Shown in pieces: positions 32,946 through 46,174 of a DNA stretch of 50,134 nt (position 1 is the stretch's first letter; each line of letters begins with the position of its first letter). This stretch comes from Octopus bimaculoides (Eukaryota). The notes beneath the pieces are model-generated. The model did no database searches, was not told the DNA's origin, and saw only the letters and a program-made list of their open reading frames with translations. The translations under genes were made by a program, and so were the position numbers. The stretch covers positions 144,233,669 through 144,283,802 of the forward strand of contig NC_068984.1 of the NCBI RefSeq assembly GCF_001194135.2. The letters run 5' to 3'.

Positions 32946-33845
32946 CAAGAAGACATTCAAGTTCTGTAATCCAAAGCCATGAAAGACAGACAATGATCAA
33001 AGTTAACTAAAGAGGATCTCTTAATTCCTGGTGATCCCTAATAATAATGATTGATTAAAATTTGAAATATCTGCAACATGAGATATCTGAATTACACATA
33101 GCCATTCAATCAACTACCTACATTCTAGGTACACGTTGTTGTGGCAAAGCTGGAGCTACAGCTGCAACAGGTAACAGAGTTGATGTTTATTAGCAAAGCT
33201 ACAAAACCAATCAAAGCAGCAACTCACAGAATCACAGAATATTAAAAAACCCTCTTGTATCCCTATTTCTTATGAAATACATCATGTCTCAATTAATTAT
33301 GAAAATAATCAAAATTTGGAGGGGTTTAATAAACCAACATTTCCAATTTTTAAGTTTTTTTTAAATAATTATATCACAGATCCAGAGGTGGTCCCAGGTA
33401 GAATGGTATGAAAAGGATTAAGGGACAAAACTGGTGAATACCAAAACATTTTGTTTTTGGTATTTTGTTGTAGGTAGATTTGTTGTGTTGTTTTTGGTTG
33501 TTGTTGTTTTTTTTTATTCTTCAAACAAATGCTTCAAAGAACAATAAAACAAGAACAATGAACAGAGTTTTTGGCTGAGAACTTTCCAAAATGTATTTCG
33601 TATAGTCAGTTGTTTTATAATTAGTCTGTTAATTATGGTTGCAAAACAAATGAAAGTAAGAAAAGATGACTCATTCGTAGATAATATAGAGGTATACAGT
33701 CAAAATTTCTTCTCATTAAACTGACATATATTCTAATTATTTTGCCGAGGACTTACATAAATGTATTATGAATATGTGAGTTTGCATCATAAAAATGTAT
33801 GGTTGTGTGTCTGCATATCTACATGTGTGAGAGTGAGGTGTGTGT

Positions 33846-33883
<38 letters not shown>

Positions 33884-34454
33884 GTGTGAGTGTGTGAGTG
33901 AGTGTGAGTGTGTGTGTGTGTGTGAGTGTGTGTGTGTGTGTGAACACATTTTTTAAATTACTCACTGCTTGATAATTTGCTAACAAACCGCAAGCAAGTT
34001 ATTGAGTAAGTGCCTGTACATGTGTTATTTATGTAGAGTGAGGTGATATAGGTGAGGTGATAGCTACGAATAGTGAAATTCTTTGTTTACACAAGTGTAT
34101 ATGATATGGGGTGGGGAGTTCACTTGTAAACAGGAACAAAAGCAACCTAATTCAGTCTGACAAAATGTCTCCAGTTATTGTCAAGGAAGTGTGGAGCTGT
34201 TTACAGCACAAACATACTTCAATGCCCTTTACAATGTCAAATCTCTTAAACTGTCATTATCTGTTTACTAACATGTCAGTCAGTCTGGCAAAAGAACATA
34301 CTGTTCTTATATCTTTATTGTTTCATTAGCATCATTTTAGTACCAAAATTTTCCCTGATTATATAGATCAGACAAAATTCGTTGAAGCACATTTTCTACA
34401 GCTGGACACCCTTCCTGTTGCCAACTTTCACCTGTTCCCAAGTAAGGTAATATT

Positions 34455-34635
34455 TCCGGGGCAAAATGCTTAGTGGCATTTCGTTTGTCTTTACATTCTG
34501 AGTTCAAATTCCGCCAAGGTCGACTTTGCCTGCCATCCTTTTCGGGGTCGATAAATTAAGTACCAGTTGCGTACTGGGGTCGATATAATCAACTGGTTCC
34601 CTCCCCAAAATTTTCAGGCTTTGTGCCTGGAGTAA
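34455..34635 (+). mobile_element. SINE family C copy
   Basis: acattctgagttcaaattccgccaaggtcgactttgcctgccatccttttcggggtcgataaattaagtacc. Confidence 0.85.
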
Positions 34636-34929
34636 AAAAAAAAAAAACTTCCTCAACTCAACTCTCAAGTCACGCCTGACTATCATGAGAAAAGAAGAAT
34701 ACATTGTATTACGTAGTCCTAGATACACCATGTCTGAATAAAAAACTGAATGGGGTTAGGGTCTCAACAACAGCAACAAGATACACAAACAGACATTTAA
34801 ATCAATGAACAAGTTCCAATGTAGTTAGACAACTTGCAAGAAGCATTGAATCAGATCCAACAAGCTTTTAAAAGAGAAAGATTATGTAGTTCTAGATCCA
34901 GAATATTCACCATTGCAAAGTCTTTGATA

Positions 34930-35075
34930 AACTGGGCCTCTGTCCATCAGGGTTGACCATTTAGCTGCATCTGTGTGTACAGATGTGGGTATGATGGTTT
35001 GAGGAAGACTGGCAATTGCCCAGGAATGCAAGTCTCTCCACTGATGCTGTTCAAGAGAAAGGCCACTACTTCTGA
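34930..35075 (+). mobile_element. Probable RTE 5'-region remnant
   Basis: atggtttgaggaagactggcaattgcccaggaatgcaagtctc...ttcaagagaaaggc resembles RTE 5' UTR sequence from memory only. Confidence 0.35.
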
Positions 35076-35298
35076 GTACCAGAGTCATAGCAGATACAAT
35101 TCTCAGAACACAAAGAGCCTCAAGAGGTTTTGCAAGGGCAGATAGCTCAGTTAAACCACAGTCTTGGATTAGTATAATTTTTTCGTTTTTTCTTTTTTAA
35201 TTGACCTCAAATGGATGAAAGGTAAAGTTTAGCCTCAATGTTATTTGAATTTAGAGGACAGAGTCAGAAGAAATACCATGAGGCATTCTGACACTTAA

Positions 35299-35521
35299 CC
35301 CTTTCAATACCAACCCGGCTGAGACTGGCTCTGTCTCTGTAGCACAAATGTCTTGTTTTCATAAGTTTCAAATTAAAATCTTCCACCAAACTTTAGTCAC
35401 AATTTATGTTCCTAACACTAGCTTAATGATAACTAAGTTATTTTTCTAAATTCTTTGTTATACTCAAAATTAATTGAAAAAAAACACAGAGCATCTCAAC
35501 AGGAATATGGTAACAAAAGGG
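35299..35521. mobile_element. piggyBac-like MITE, copy 1
   Basis: TTAA|ccctttc ... caaaaggg|TTAA. Confidence 0.85.
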
Positions 35522-35552
35522 TTAAGATATATAATAGAGAAACAATTCTTAA

Positions 35553-35775
35553 CACTTTCATTACCAACCCGACTAAAACCAGCTCTGGCTCTGAGTACAA
35601 ATGTCTTGTTTTCATAAGTTTTGAATTAAAATCTTCCACCAAACCTTAGTCACAATTTATGTTCCTAACATTAGCTGAATGATAACCAAGTTATTTTACT
35701 AAATTCTTTGAAATATTTAAAGTAATTAAAAGAAACCTGACAGAGCATCTCAAAATAAATACAGTAACGAAAGGG
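35553..35775. mobile_element. piggyBac-like MITE, copy 2
   Basis: TTAA|cactttc ... gaaaggg|TTAA; colinear with copy 1. Confidence 0.85.
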
Positions 35776-36564
35776 TTAAGCAACTGCCATTTCATCACCA
35801 TTCTGACTTTGATCATAAAGTCTGCTGGATGAGAGCTGACCTAGGGCTAAATAACAGCCAGATGTATCTGAAACATACAAGCCAATGAAGGAACCTTTAC
35901 ATAGTCACTTGACCTAAAACTCTGCAAGATATCAACTGCCATTTAGTTTTCGTACATATGTGTGAAGCAACTGATTAATAAAGTTCTCTGCTCCCACCAC
36001 CACCACACACACAGGGAAAAATAACAGGTGCTGCATTACAGGTATGGATTTAGGCTATAGTTGTCGTTAATTTGTTCCATCTAGGATGGGCAAAATCCTG
36101 GTGGGTGGACACACAGACCCACACCTTCAAATGCAACAAGTCAAAACAAAAGCAAATGTGCTGAGCACGTGTGTGTGTGTGTGCTCTTTCATTTTCTTCC
36201 TGGTTTCAAGTCATTGGACTATGGCCATGCTGGGGCACTACAAGGTTTTTTAATGAATTATACTGACAACAATACTTCATCTGGTACTTATTTTATCAAT
36301 CTTGGGGGACAATAGTAAAAATGAACTAGACACAAAGAGCAAAACAAAACATGACAGCATTAGGGGCCATCTAGCAACCCACACTGTTTCTCCCTTTTTC
36401 TTCTTTTTTGTGACTACGGCTTATGGGGTTGCATCAATTTTTCAATATAATCAAATTTTGGAAGGTTTTTTAGTCAAATAACTGTAACTTTATATTGTAT
36501 TAAATTAATAAACTGGTATTTCATGATACGTATAACAACATATACATATAACTCTAGCACCCGC

Positions 36565-36660
36565 CTCAACACATGCCCATACCACCACACACCAGTCGAC
36601 CTTGCCAGCCATTCCACCGATTCCTCCAACCCCAGCATCCCCATCAAGTCCTCTGATGTA
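36565..36660 (-). mobile_element. RTE LINE fragment, same family as 32630-32945
   Basis: Reverse strand reads DLMGMLGLEESVEWLARSTGVWWYGHVLR. Confidence 0.75.
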
Positions 36661-37649
36661 GATTTTAATCGAGGATGAACACATTAGTAGAGTGGTCTCA
36701 GGTGGACTGGTGCTATTAAAAAGGACATTACTGAAGACACTGACCACAAGAAAAATATAGATTTGTAAGATATTTAAATAAATCTCACAAGTTCAACTCC
36801 AAATGAAACCACTGTATGTTTGCAGACTTAGTATGATAAAAAGAAGTCCAGCCATGACCAACCCATTTTTTATTCAAGCATTGTGTATCTAATTATTCAA
36901 CACCTAGTCTAGTGGTGGTCTGCCCTTGAGCAAGTCCTGAGCATGTGAACCGTCTCCAACATTTTCCATACAATCTGGGAGGGCCAGTACTCTCCCCAGA
37001 CACTGTTGAGTAGATAACTGGAACTTCAGCCTCCATGACTAGGTTAGGGAGGAATACTGGAGTGGTTTGTTGTTGCCTTCTCCAGGCAGGTAGGATTTGA
37101 ACTCAGAATGTAGAGAGTCAGAAGCTATACCATAAAGAATTTCTGCCAATGTGTCAACAATTCTTCCATTCTATCTGCGAGTGCAAAACCCTAACCACTA
37201 GGTCCATGCCTTGCCCAATGTAGGCTTAGGTATCTTTTCGAGACAGCAGTTTAAAAGAAACTTGGTAACTATTTCTAGCATGTCCAACAACCACATAGCT
37301 TACCCTGCTAGATCTATTGTTCTACGCTCTTACTAAGAGAGAGAAATTAATATTTCATTATTAATCAGTTATGCCATACATCCATACGAGATCCTACAAA
37401 TAAATATTGATGAAAGCAACTTTATTGTACAAATGCAGCAGCAGGAGGTTGGTAGATATTTGTACTAATTTTACATTCGCATGATGTCCTTTGTATAACT
37501 AACCACTCAACTGTGGACCAGGGAGTGGTGCAATCTGGGGGTTTCTTTTTCTTTTTTTTTTTGATACTCATGATCATGTGATGCAATTCTACTTGCTAGG
37601 TCTGGAGGAAGCGGCAATGATCATGTCCTTTGCAGGTCCTCCAAGACTG

Positions 37650-38095
37650 ATGAGATTGATGCCTTTAAAATTCCTCTTGAACCTTTGCAAGTCAAGACTT
37701 ACAAGAAAGACATGATCAAGAAGAGAGTTCCAGAAGCCCAAAGAAGAACTGTGTCGTGGTTAATGGGGGAGACTGTGGGGAGAGTGAGGGCTAGATACAA
37801 CAAGGGTGGTGGAAGGAGGAGAGAGGTGAGTGGGCTGAGAACACCTGAGTGAAAGTGGCATTAGGGCCAACCAGCTGTGAAGACTAGGGGCCGATTATAG
37901 TAACAGTAGAAAAGGCATACAGAGGAAACCAGCAGCTGAAGCATGTCTCGAAGTGACATCATGCCAATCAATCGAGTGGCTCTTTTCTGGATGCAGTCAA
38001 ACGATGTCTTTGTGTCCAGCATCGGCACCGATCCAGGTGTGTGCATGCAATTCTCCATGGTTTCACACCTTAACCTCACATCCAATGTTGTCTCG
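37650..38095 (-). mobile_element. CR1/L2-group LINE 3' end remnant
   Basis: VRLRCETMENCMH...FDCIQKRATRLIG...LFYCYYN matches the VRPxMEYC...LDRIQKRAxRLI...LFYRYY RT C-terminus; decayed. Confidence 0.75.
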
Positions 38096-38744
38096 TTTGA
38101 TCAATCACAGTGCCATAGCCCTGGAAAGTGTGGCTATAGATAACAACGGAGAAAGCTGTCTAAAACAACAACTAATTCAGAGTCCCAGCTAAACCCAATC
38201 GCTTAAACAAATGAAGCTAGAAATACAGGTCACTGGTGAGATACTCTTATTCTTTCTCTCTCTACCAGCAGAATTTTCACTGCTACAGCAGACCCCCCAC
38301 CCAGTCTAAAACTAACAGTCAGTGAAAATATCTGACATTGCCTCTAATTATATTATCAAGAACATTCCCCTGTGATAAGGAAAAGAGATCACAGTCTAAA
38401 TGTAGATATAAACGACTGAATTCGTTCGTAGAAGTGAACCATGTGTAAACCCGAGAAGAACAACAGTCGTTCTGTAAGCTTCATGCATCTCTCTTCTTCT
38501 ATCCCTAGCCTTATGCTACCACTAGCTTTACTCCATTAATTAATTATGTCACCTAATTAACAGAAATAAACTGAAACAAATTACTGTCATAATGCCATTT
38601 GGAAACTGTGGAAAAACTTCCAAGCAGATTTTAAAAATTAGTTCAAAGAAATTAAAAGCATAAACATTTGAAATATTAGCAGCAAATCAGGAAATATTTT
38701 AATGTAAAAGTTTCAGTTTTAAGTGTTTATCTTTTTTTTTTTTT

Positions 38745-39090
38745 CATTTGTTTCAGTCAATGTGGCCATACTGGGGCACTGCCTTAAAGAATTTTTAGTC
38801 AAATGAATGGATCTCAGGACTTTTTTTTTTAAGCCTGGTACTTGTTCTACCGGTCTCTTTTGCCAAACCGCTAAGTTACAGGGGACATAAACACACCAAC
38901 ATTGGTTATCAAGCAGTGTTGGAGAACACAGACACAAACACACACACAAACAGGTTTCTTTCAGTTTCCGTCTACCAAACCCACTCCAAGGGTTTTGGTC
39001 AGCCCAAAATTACAGTAGAAGACACTTGCCCAAGGTGCCACACAGTGGGACTGAACTGAAAACCATGTGGTTGGGAAGCAAGCATGCCTG
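38745..39090 (-). mobile_element. SINE family B copy
   Basis: ttgtttcagtcaatgtggccatactgggg...gtgggactgaactgaaaaccatgtggttgggaagc. Confidence 0.83.
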
Positions 39091-39869
39091 CACCTGAGAA
39101 TAATTTTTAAAATATCAATATTTATGTCATTATTTCACCTGCTCGTTTAAGTAGACATGAAAGCAAAAAAAAAATTTTGTATGTAACTTGAACTGTTGGG
39201 AAAAAATTGATAAATTTCCTTTAATCACACACTATAATCAAAACGACACATTAGATAATGTAATCCTAGATACATTATGCAAAAACAACAAAAACAAAAT
39301 AAAAAGATAGGATTGTTACAGCTTGAATGTCTCTGTTCATAGATTTACTGGATCAAGGTTACATCAGATTAAACGAATTTGTCATATAAAAAAACATTCT
39401 CTCTAAAATACTCCATGCATTTATCAGGGCCAAAAGCCTTCAGAGAGTATTTCCAAAACACCATAAATATTTTTTAGTGGTCAGTCAAGTGGGGGAGGGA
39501 AAGACAAAACAGATTATGGTCAGTTAGCAAACTGGAGATAGTAGAGAGCGTGGCTATTCAGCCAGTGAAATTGCTTAAGCTGAAATTTACATGCTGAATG
39601 AAAAGAATAACTAATTAAGAAGAGACTCATATCTAATTAAGTCCATAAATGACGTAATTATAAAATATGTCAGATGGTGGATTGTACAAATCAATTTTGA
39701 CAAAGGGCGAAAGTAACCATACTAATCATATTAACATTATTAGCCTGATTGATGGAGAGAGAGAGGAGCAACGAAACGGATTTAGAAAATATTAGACAAG
39801 TAAACTCGCTTCAGAGAAACCTTACCAACAGAGCAGAACAGTGGTTCTCTCCTGGTCACTATTCTTTTA

Positions 39870-40195
39870 TTCTTTTGTTTCAGTCATTTGACTGTGGCCA
39901 TGCTGGAGCAAATCAACCACAGGACTTATTCTTTGTGAGTCTAGTACTTATTCTATTGGTCTCCTTTTGCCGAACCACAAAGTTACGGGGAACGTAAACA
40001 CATCAGCATCAGTTGTCAAGTGACACTGGGAGGAGGCCCAAACACACACACACACACACACACACGTGACGGGCTTCATTCAGTTTCTGTCTACCAAATC
40101 CGCTTACAAAGCTTTGGTCAGCTATAGCAGAAGACTCTTGCCCAAGGTGCCACGCAGTGGGACTGAACCCAAAACCACGTGGTTGGTTCACAAGC
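39870..40195 (-). mobile_element. SINE family B copy
   Basis: ttgtttcagtcatttgactgtggccatgctggagc...ccaaggtgccacgcagtgggactgaaccc. Confidence 0.83.
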
Positions 40196-41639
40196 TGAAT
40201 ATTTTTTGAAATACTCATTTGAAAATTACTGATCTCTTTTATTGTGGCCATGCTGGAGCACCACCTTGAAGAATTTTTAGTGGAATGAATCACCCCTCAC
40301 CAGTAATTTTTTTTTTTCAAACCTGTATTTATTTTATCAGTCTCTTTCGCCGAAGCGCTAGTTGGGAAGCCAGCTTCTTACCACACAACCATATACAAGG
40401 AATTAATAGTATATGTCCAAGGCACATGAGGCAATACCATAATTTTATAAAGGGTGTGTGTGTATGTGTGTGGATAGAAAGATGTGTAGGAATATCAAAC
40501 ACTTCCTCTTCTCTAACACAAAAGCACACCCTCTTCTTCCCACCTACTCACACTTTACCCATACACACTATCTCTCACTCCTTTCTCTCTCTCTCTCTCT
40601 CTCTCACATACAGATTCAACCTCACTTCCCATATTCCACCCTCCTCCACCCACCCCAGATAGATAAAACCAGACAATGAGAGAGTAGGAGGGTGGTAAAT
40701 AAAAATATTCTATACATTTATGTGTCTGTCTATGTTTATATATATATATATATATATACATACATACATATACACACACACACACCAGACACATAAACAC
40801 ACACACACACACACACAAACACAGACACACATACATAGACACACACACAAAGTTAGTGGTTTAGGTAATTTGAATGGTTTATAGAAAACCCAGGTAAATA
40901 CCTGATATATTTATAATGCAAACAGGAAGTAGATGAGGAAGTGATACGAGTGAATGGGGGGGGAGCCGCATAGAGTGAGGTGTGGACTAAGAGGAAGGAG
41001 TGCTAAGAAAGGGAAGGCTGGTGCGAGGAGTAGTAAGAGGCATGAGTTACCAAGAGGTGGGTGGTGAGAGAGATGGGTAAGGTGGTGGCAGTGTAGGGGA
41101 GGGTCAAATGGTTTGAAGTTAGAGCTTTGGTCACAAACACACACACTAATGAACTTATATAGACACGCACACCCACACATAAATGTACGTATATACACAC
41201 ACGTTCACATATACACACAAAGATATATATCCACCATTTACTTTTTTTACTTCAGTGATGCTGGGGATAGAAAGATGTGTAGGAATATTAAACACTTCTT
41301 TTTTAAAGCCTGGTACTTATTCTATTGGTCTCTTTTGCTGAACCACTAAGTTACACAGACATAAATGCAGCACCAGCACCGGTTGTCAAGTAGTGGACGG
41401 GAAGGACAAACAAAGACACACAAAGATATACACACACGACAGGCTTCTTTCAGTTTCTGTCTACCAAATCCATTCACTGATGTTTGGACACGATATATTT
41501 CTCTGTTAATTTATTCATTAATAAATATTTGGGACTGGTTTGTGTGCATGCTATCAAAATCTTGTAGGTTCATACATGTTGTCCATTTATTACCATCATC
41601 ATCATCATCATCATCACGTGTCCATTTTCCATGCTGACA

Positions 41640-42415
41640 GATATTTGTCCTCATCTTGTTTGTAAACACAACATTTTGGCTGATGTACCCTCCAGCCTTC
41701 ATCAGGTGTCCTGGGAGAATTTCGAACCTGGGTTCTCACTCCTAAGGTATTTTTCCGATATTATTATTATGTCGAACACCTGCTGTCACGTGTAGGACAA
41801 ATCCGGCTATCTGCTGAATCCATTATGAAGATTGCCCTGCCGCTCTCCTATGGCCAGAAGAGGAAGTGGATGTAGCAAAAGAAGTAGTATGGTGGACCCA
41901 TTTGAAAGGGCCAAAGACAGACACTTTCCGCTTTGGCCAAGCCCTCATCAACTTTTTCAAGGAAGCTGTGGGTGGAGAAAGGGAAGTGTTGCCTTGTAGC
42001 AAGTTTGTTGAAAGGTGGGTGAATGCTGGAAGAATGACCAGTGTGAAAGGACCAATTCTGAGCATGCACCTGTAAAAAGGGAATCAAAAGAGAAGAGCTC
42101 TTGCCCTGTTGTTCAGGCGCCCATGGCTTTTGGAAATTTTTCCACGAAAACCTTAAAGTGCCTCCCCTTTTGGGAATTTTAATTTGTTTAATCTTAGTTT
42201 TAATTATTTATATTGTTTACACACTGTAAAACCCTTTGTATCGTCCTGTTTTTGTCTTTAATGTTGTTGAATGTCTTTTAATGTTATTTTATGTGAGCCC
42301 TTGTGGCTAATAAAAGAATTATTATTATTATTATTATTCAGGTCACTGCCTGGGATCGAACTCGGAATCTTGGGGTGAGTAGCACAGGCTCTTAACCACT
42401 ACGCCATATGCCGTA
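41640..42415 (-). mobile_element. SINE family D copy split by a LINE insertion
   Basis: Tail at 41640-41770 and tRNA head at about 42320-42415 flank the Tx1/L1 fragment, with (TTA)n on both sides. Confidence 0.82.
41771..42320 (+). mobile_element. L1/Tx1-clade LINE, 5'-truncated 3' end with UTR and AATAAA
   Basis: VEHLLSRVGQIRLSAESIMKIALP (frameshift) VAKEVVWWTHLKG...GQALINFFK...EREVLPCSKFVERWVN...L* resembles the Tx1-type ORF2 C-terminus; T-rich UTR ending ctaataaaagaa. Confidence 0.7.
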
Positions 42416-42864
42416 ATGCTGAGCATTAACTGGCCATAGAACCATGGAAAAACAGATGACGATGATGATGATGTTGTTGTTGTTGTATAGCTAAGCAAGA
42501 TTAGGAGAGGAAGGGTGCAACCAGGAATACCAATCCAGCATGTGTAGGTGGTAGCGTTTACAGGTAAGAGTGCACCCATTATGAACAACATAGCAAATGT
42601 CAGATCCTATTGACTAACAAGTGAATCAGTCCAAACTGTACTCTGTGTGCTGACAGCATGACCAACACACAGGATTAAACGATGCAGGCTATTAGGATGG
42701 TTCGTTTAAATATCAGATGCCTAGTCACCTAGGTAACCTAATTAGTGATTAGGCCAGGGGATCAAAAGCAATGGTGGCAAAGCTAGAAAGTGAAGCAGAT
42801 TACGTGAAATTAAGACAACTGCTCTATTTGACTGGATGGAATTTTGTGGCTATGCAAAATATAT

Positions 42865-42916
<52 letters not shown>

Positions 42917-44929
42917 CCCAAATGAGATCAATCAATAATGAGGGAAACCACCATTCCTGCAGCAAGTGATTAAAACCAAAAGCCTTCTCAGCCTCCATGC
43001 AGCCAGCAGGTGCGAAAAGATGAAAAATCTGGCTGTTCACACAAGGCAGGTGGAGTGTTGTCAAAGAAACTACAAAACTGGCCACAAGGACACCTGTGAC
43101 ATCTTCAAGGGAAGTTCTGTGGATGCTCGACATGCTACACATAGCAGCCAAATTTCTTTGAATCCCTACAAAGTAACTGGACAAAATAAATGACAACAGA
43201 CATAACTGGAACACCTTTGACCATAGCATGGGTTCTTCACCTGGAATTAACAATTGTCGAAGGATTGCGTTTTATCTTATGCTTGCTTCAGTCATGAGAT
43301 GTGATTGGGAAACAAACTTCTCACCACCCAGCCACACCTACACATCATCCAATGGCTTAACTTGCTGAGACTTCAAAGTCACAGTTAATATTCTTGTTTA
43401 AAAAATATACACACACAAACTCAAGAAGAGAAAAACTTTAATAAATATAGAGAAAATGTTGTTAGCTGCCGAACTGGTGCTGAAGAAGGACTGATAAACA
43501 GAGCTGCCAAAACAGGGGTGGGGGGGCATAGATAATGCCAGTGGAGTTGGTGACTCAGTTACTTCATATGAAGTTATTTATTTACTAATTCTTTGAATCT
43601 AAAAAAAATTAATTTCTCTTCTTTCTGCATCTTTCCTGATTAACATGTCAGCTATTTTTTGCTTCCTCTAATCCTTGTACTGGTAATTCCTAGCAAATGT
43701 CAATAACCTTGAAAAAGACAGATTGTGCCAAATTGAATGGTGGATTCAACGGAAGCACAGCCTCTTTGCTGGTCACTGCTCACTGAACACTTCTAGATTA
43801 GCCCACTAAAAGACAGGATGGTCCCAGGTGGAACACCTTTGATTATAAATCTACCCAATCAGAGATGACGACATGAAGGTAAACAACAGTTTGTGACTGA
43901 ATACATTGACTAACATTTGGCTAATGAAACCTGCTGCCAACAAGATGGAAACCCATTTTATGACTGCCACTCTTCCATCATCACTACATGACTGATACAA
44001 GTGTCAGTCAACTCATAGATACATCATCAGCATCATCGTTGTCATTTAACGTCCACTTTCCATGCTGGCATGGGTTGGACAGTTTGACTGAAAACTGGCA
44101 AAGCCAGGAGGCTGCACCAAGCTCCAGCATTGAAACAAATAAAGTTAGCTCTCACAGGAATCCAACTTTGAACTAATTTATTGGGTCAATAATGTAAACC
44201 AATCTAGTATTCTGCAGGACAAAGTCATTAGTGTTAATTAGAAAGTAGCATTATAATATAGTTAAGATGACGTGGTAACGAGACTGACTCAAAGCAAAAA
44301 AAAAAAAAATGCAACAAGCAAGCTGTTTACACAACTTCAGTGGTAAATCAGTTTAAATACTAGAGCAATCAATGAACTGTGAAATAAGTATCACCATCAC
44401 CATCATCGTCATCGTCGTCAGCATGTATATGACTCACAGTTGTGGAAATACCAGGAGGTGATGTCCAACAGGAGGCTTTTCTATGTACTTAATTTTAATT
44501 ACAGACAGAATTAAATGATAGACATTATAAGTCAACATGTGATAACTCAATAATGATACACTTTCTTTGGTGGAGCAGGAAATCTCTTGGTTTACCAGGG
44601 TTTGTGGAATCGGTACAGAAGACTTTTCACTGACTCATAATCCATGGCAACAAAGACCCCCAACTTCTCTATTTGATGTCAGGCTAATATGTTTTTTTGT
44701 TTTTTATTTTTTTATTGATTGAAAACACACAACATTCATGATCAATGTGAATCATCAGGTTACTTTTTAGCATCGTAATCTGTTAAAATTTAGATATAAA
44801 GGCTAAAGCTAGATCAAGGTTGCTGTGGAATACTCAGCCACTTATCCTATAATTCTTTTAAGTGGGCAGATTTGTTCATTGAACAATCGAAATAACCACA
44901 GCATAGGAGAGTCCACAGCCACCATTGAT

Positions 44930-45190
44930 GACGGAGGAAGTCAGTGCTCCCAGCTAAAGAAAGGGAGGTCCTTCCCAAGACACACACTTTACTGGCGAAA
45001 TGAGAAGTGGAAGTCCTTAACTACAACACTTAAATGGTGCAGTGGGCAGTGGCTGTGGCCGTCAAGAGTTGTTCGCTCAATGATGAAGGAGATGATGGCT
45101 ATCATTAGATACACAATAACAAAGTGGGTGGAGGACACCCTTAGCATAAATAGAAAGATGGTTGCCCATTCATTGATGAAACAGTAGGTG
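44930..45190 (+). mobile_element. Possible highly decayed mariner transposase remnant
   Basis: actggcgaaatgagaagtgg resembles the TGDEKW-encoding segment; otherwise weak. Confidence 0.25.
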
Positions 45191-46174
45191 AATGACATTG
45201 ATAAATATGGCAATGTGGATATAGACTTCAAATGATGAATGATAAGCAACATGTTTCTTTACCAGAACAGCGTTCTAGGTAAAGCACTAAATATCCTCTG
45301 TCCTGTTTAAGTTGTCAAAGAGCAGATTGAAACAAATTGCCAAGAGGTTTCTAGTTCATACCCAACCAATAGCAATGCATTGTTGCATCATTGGGCAAGA
45401 TACTCAACTCTCAACTGATGTCATGTTCGATAGGTATCACAGAGTAGAGAACAAGTCACAATGCCCTCTAGTGACAGCTCTAAAATGCACAAGCAGTTGT
45501 TGTTTAGGCCTAGGTCAGCTGACAGCATCCAAACATTCCAGCATACCATATCTAGGACCACATTATACAACACAGCCTTTTCTTTTCTCACGCCACCCCC
45601 TGCTTTGTTTGGCCCCAACTCAACTCTTATCCAGCAAATCTACAATCAAAGACAATCCGGCTTCAATCATTTTCTCTCTTATCCAGGACAGTGAAGGTGC
45701 ATGGTTAGCGTATTTGGTTCACAATTGTAAGATCATGAGTTTGATACCCGATGGAATATATGGTGTGTCCTTGAGCAAGACACTCTGTGAGGCCCAACAC
45801 TCAAAAGGAACTCAGCCACTTTGCCTACATGAGGCCCAGGAGCTCGGCTACACGAATTGAAGTGGTTGCAATTTCTAGCAACCAACTTCTGACTGAAGTG
45901 CTCCCCATGTACCTCAAATTTTTTCTAAAAAACTTTACATTTAATTTATTTGAGAGTTACTTTTTAGAGAGATTTTTGTAACACGATTTGTTTAATTTTT
46001 GCTTTGTGTACAAGTTGCTAATGATTTATGTAGGATATGATATAACATCCATGTGGGCCATGGGCAAAGGTTTACCCTTTCGTTAGCTTATTTCTGTTCA
46101 AACATATATTCTTTTTTATGGAGATGTACTTGCATAGCAAGTGACTTGATCTGAGATTGTGTGCGGAAACAAAA

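Noticed and set aside
44586-44780. CAMSAP-start-like peptides (VAMDYESVK; DYDAKK) on the minus strand
   Set aside because: Available donors are in phase 2 or followed by stops, incompatible with the phase-0 exon at 20424
45312-45860. Longest ORF in the track (182 aa)
   Set aside because: No recognisable domain; overlaps decayed repeat-like sequence; no splice support
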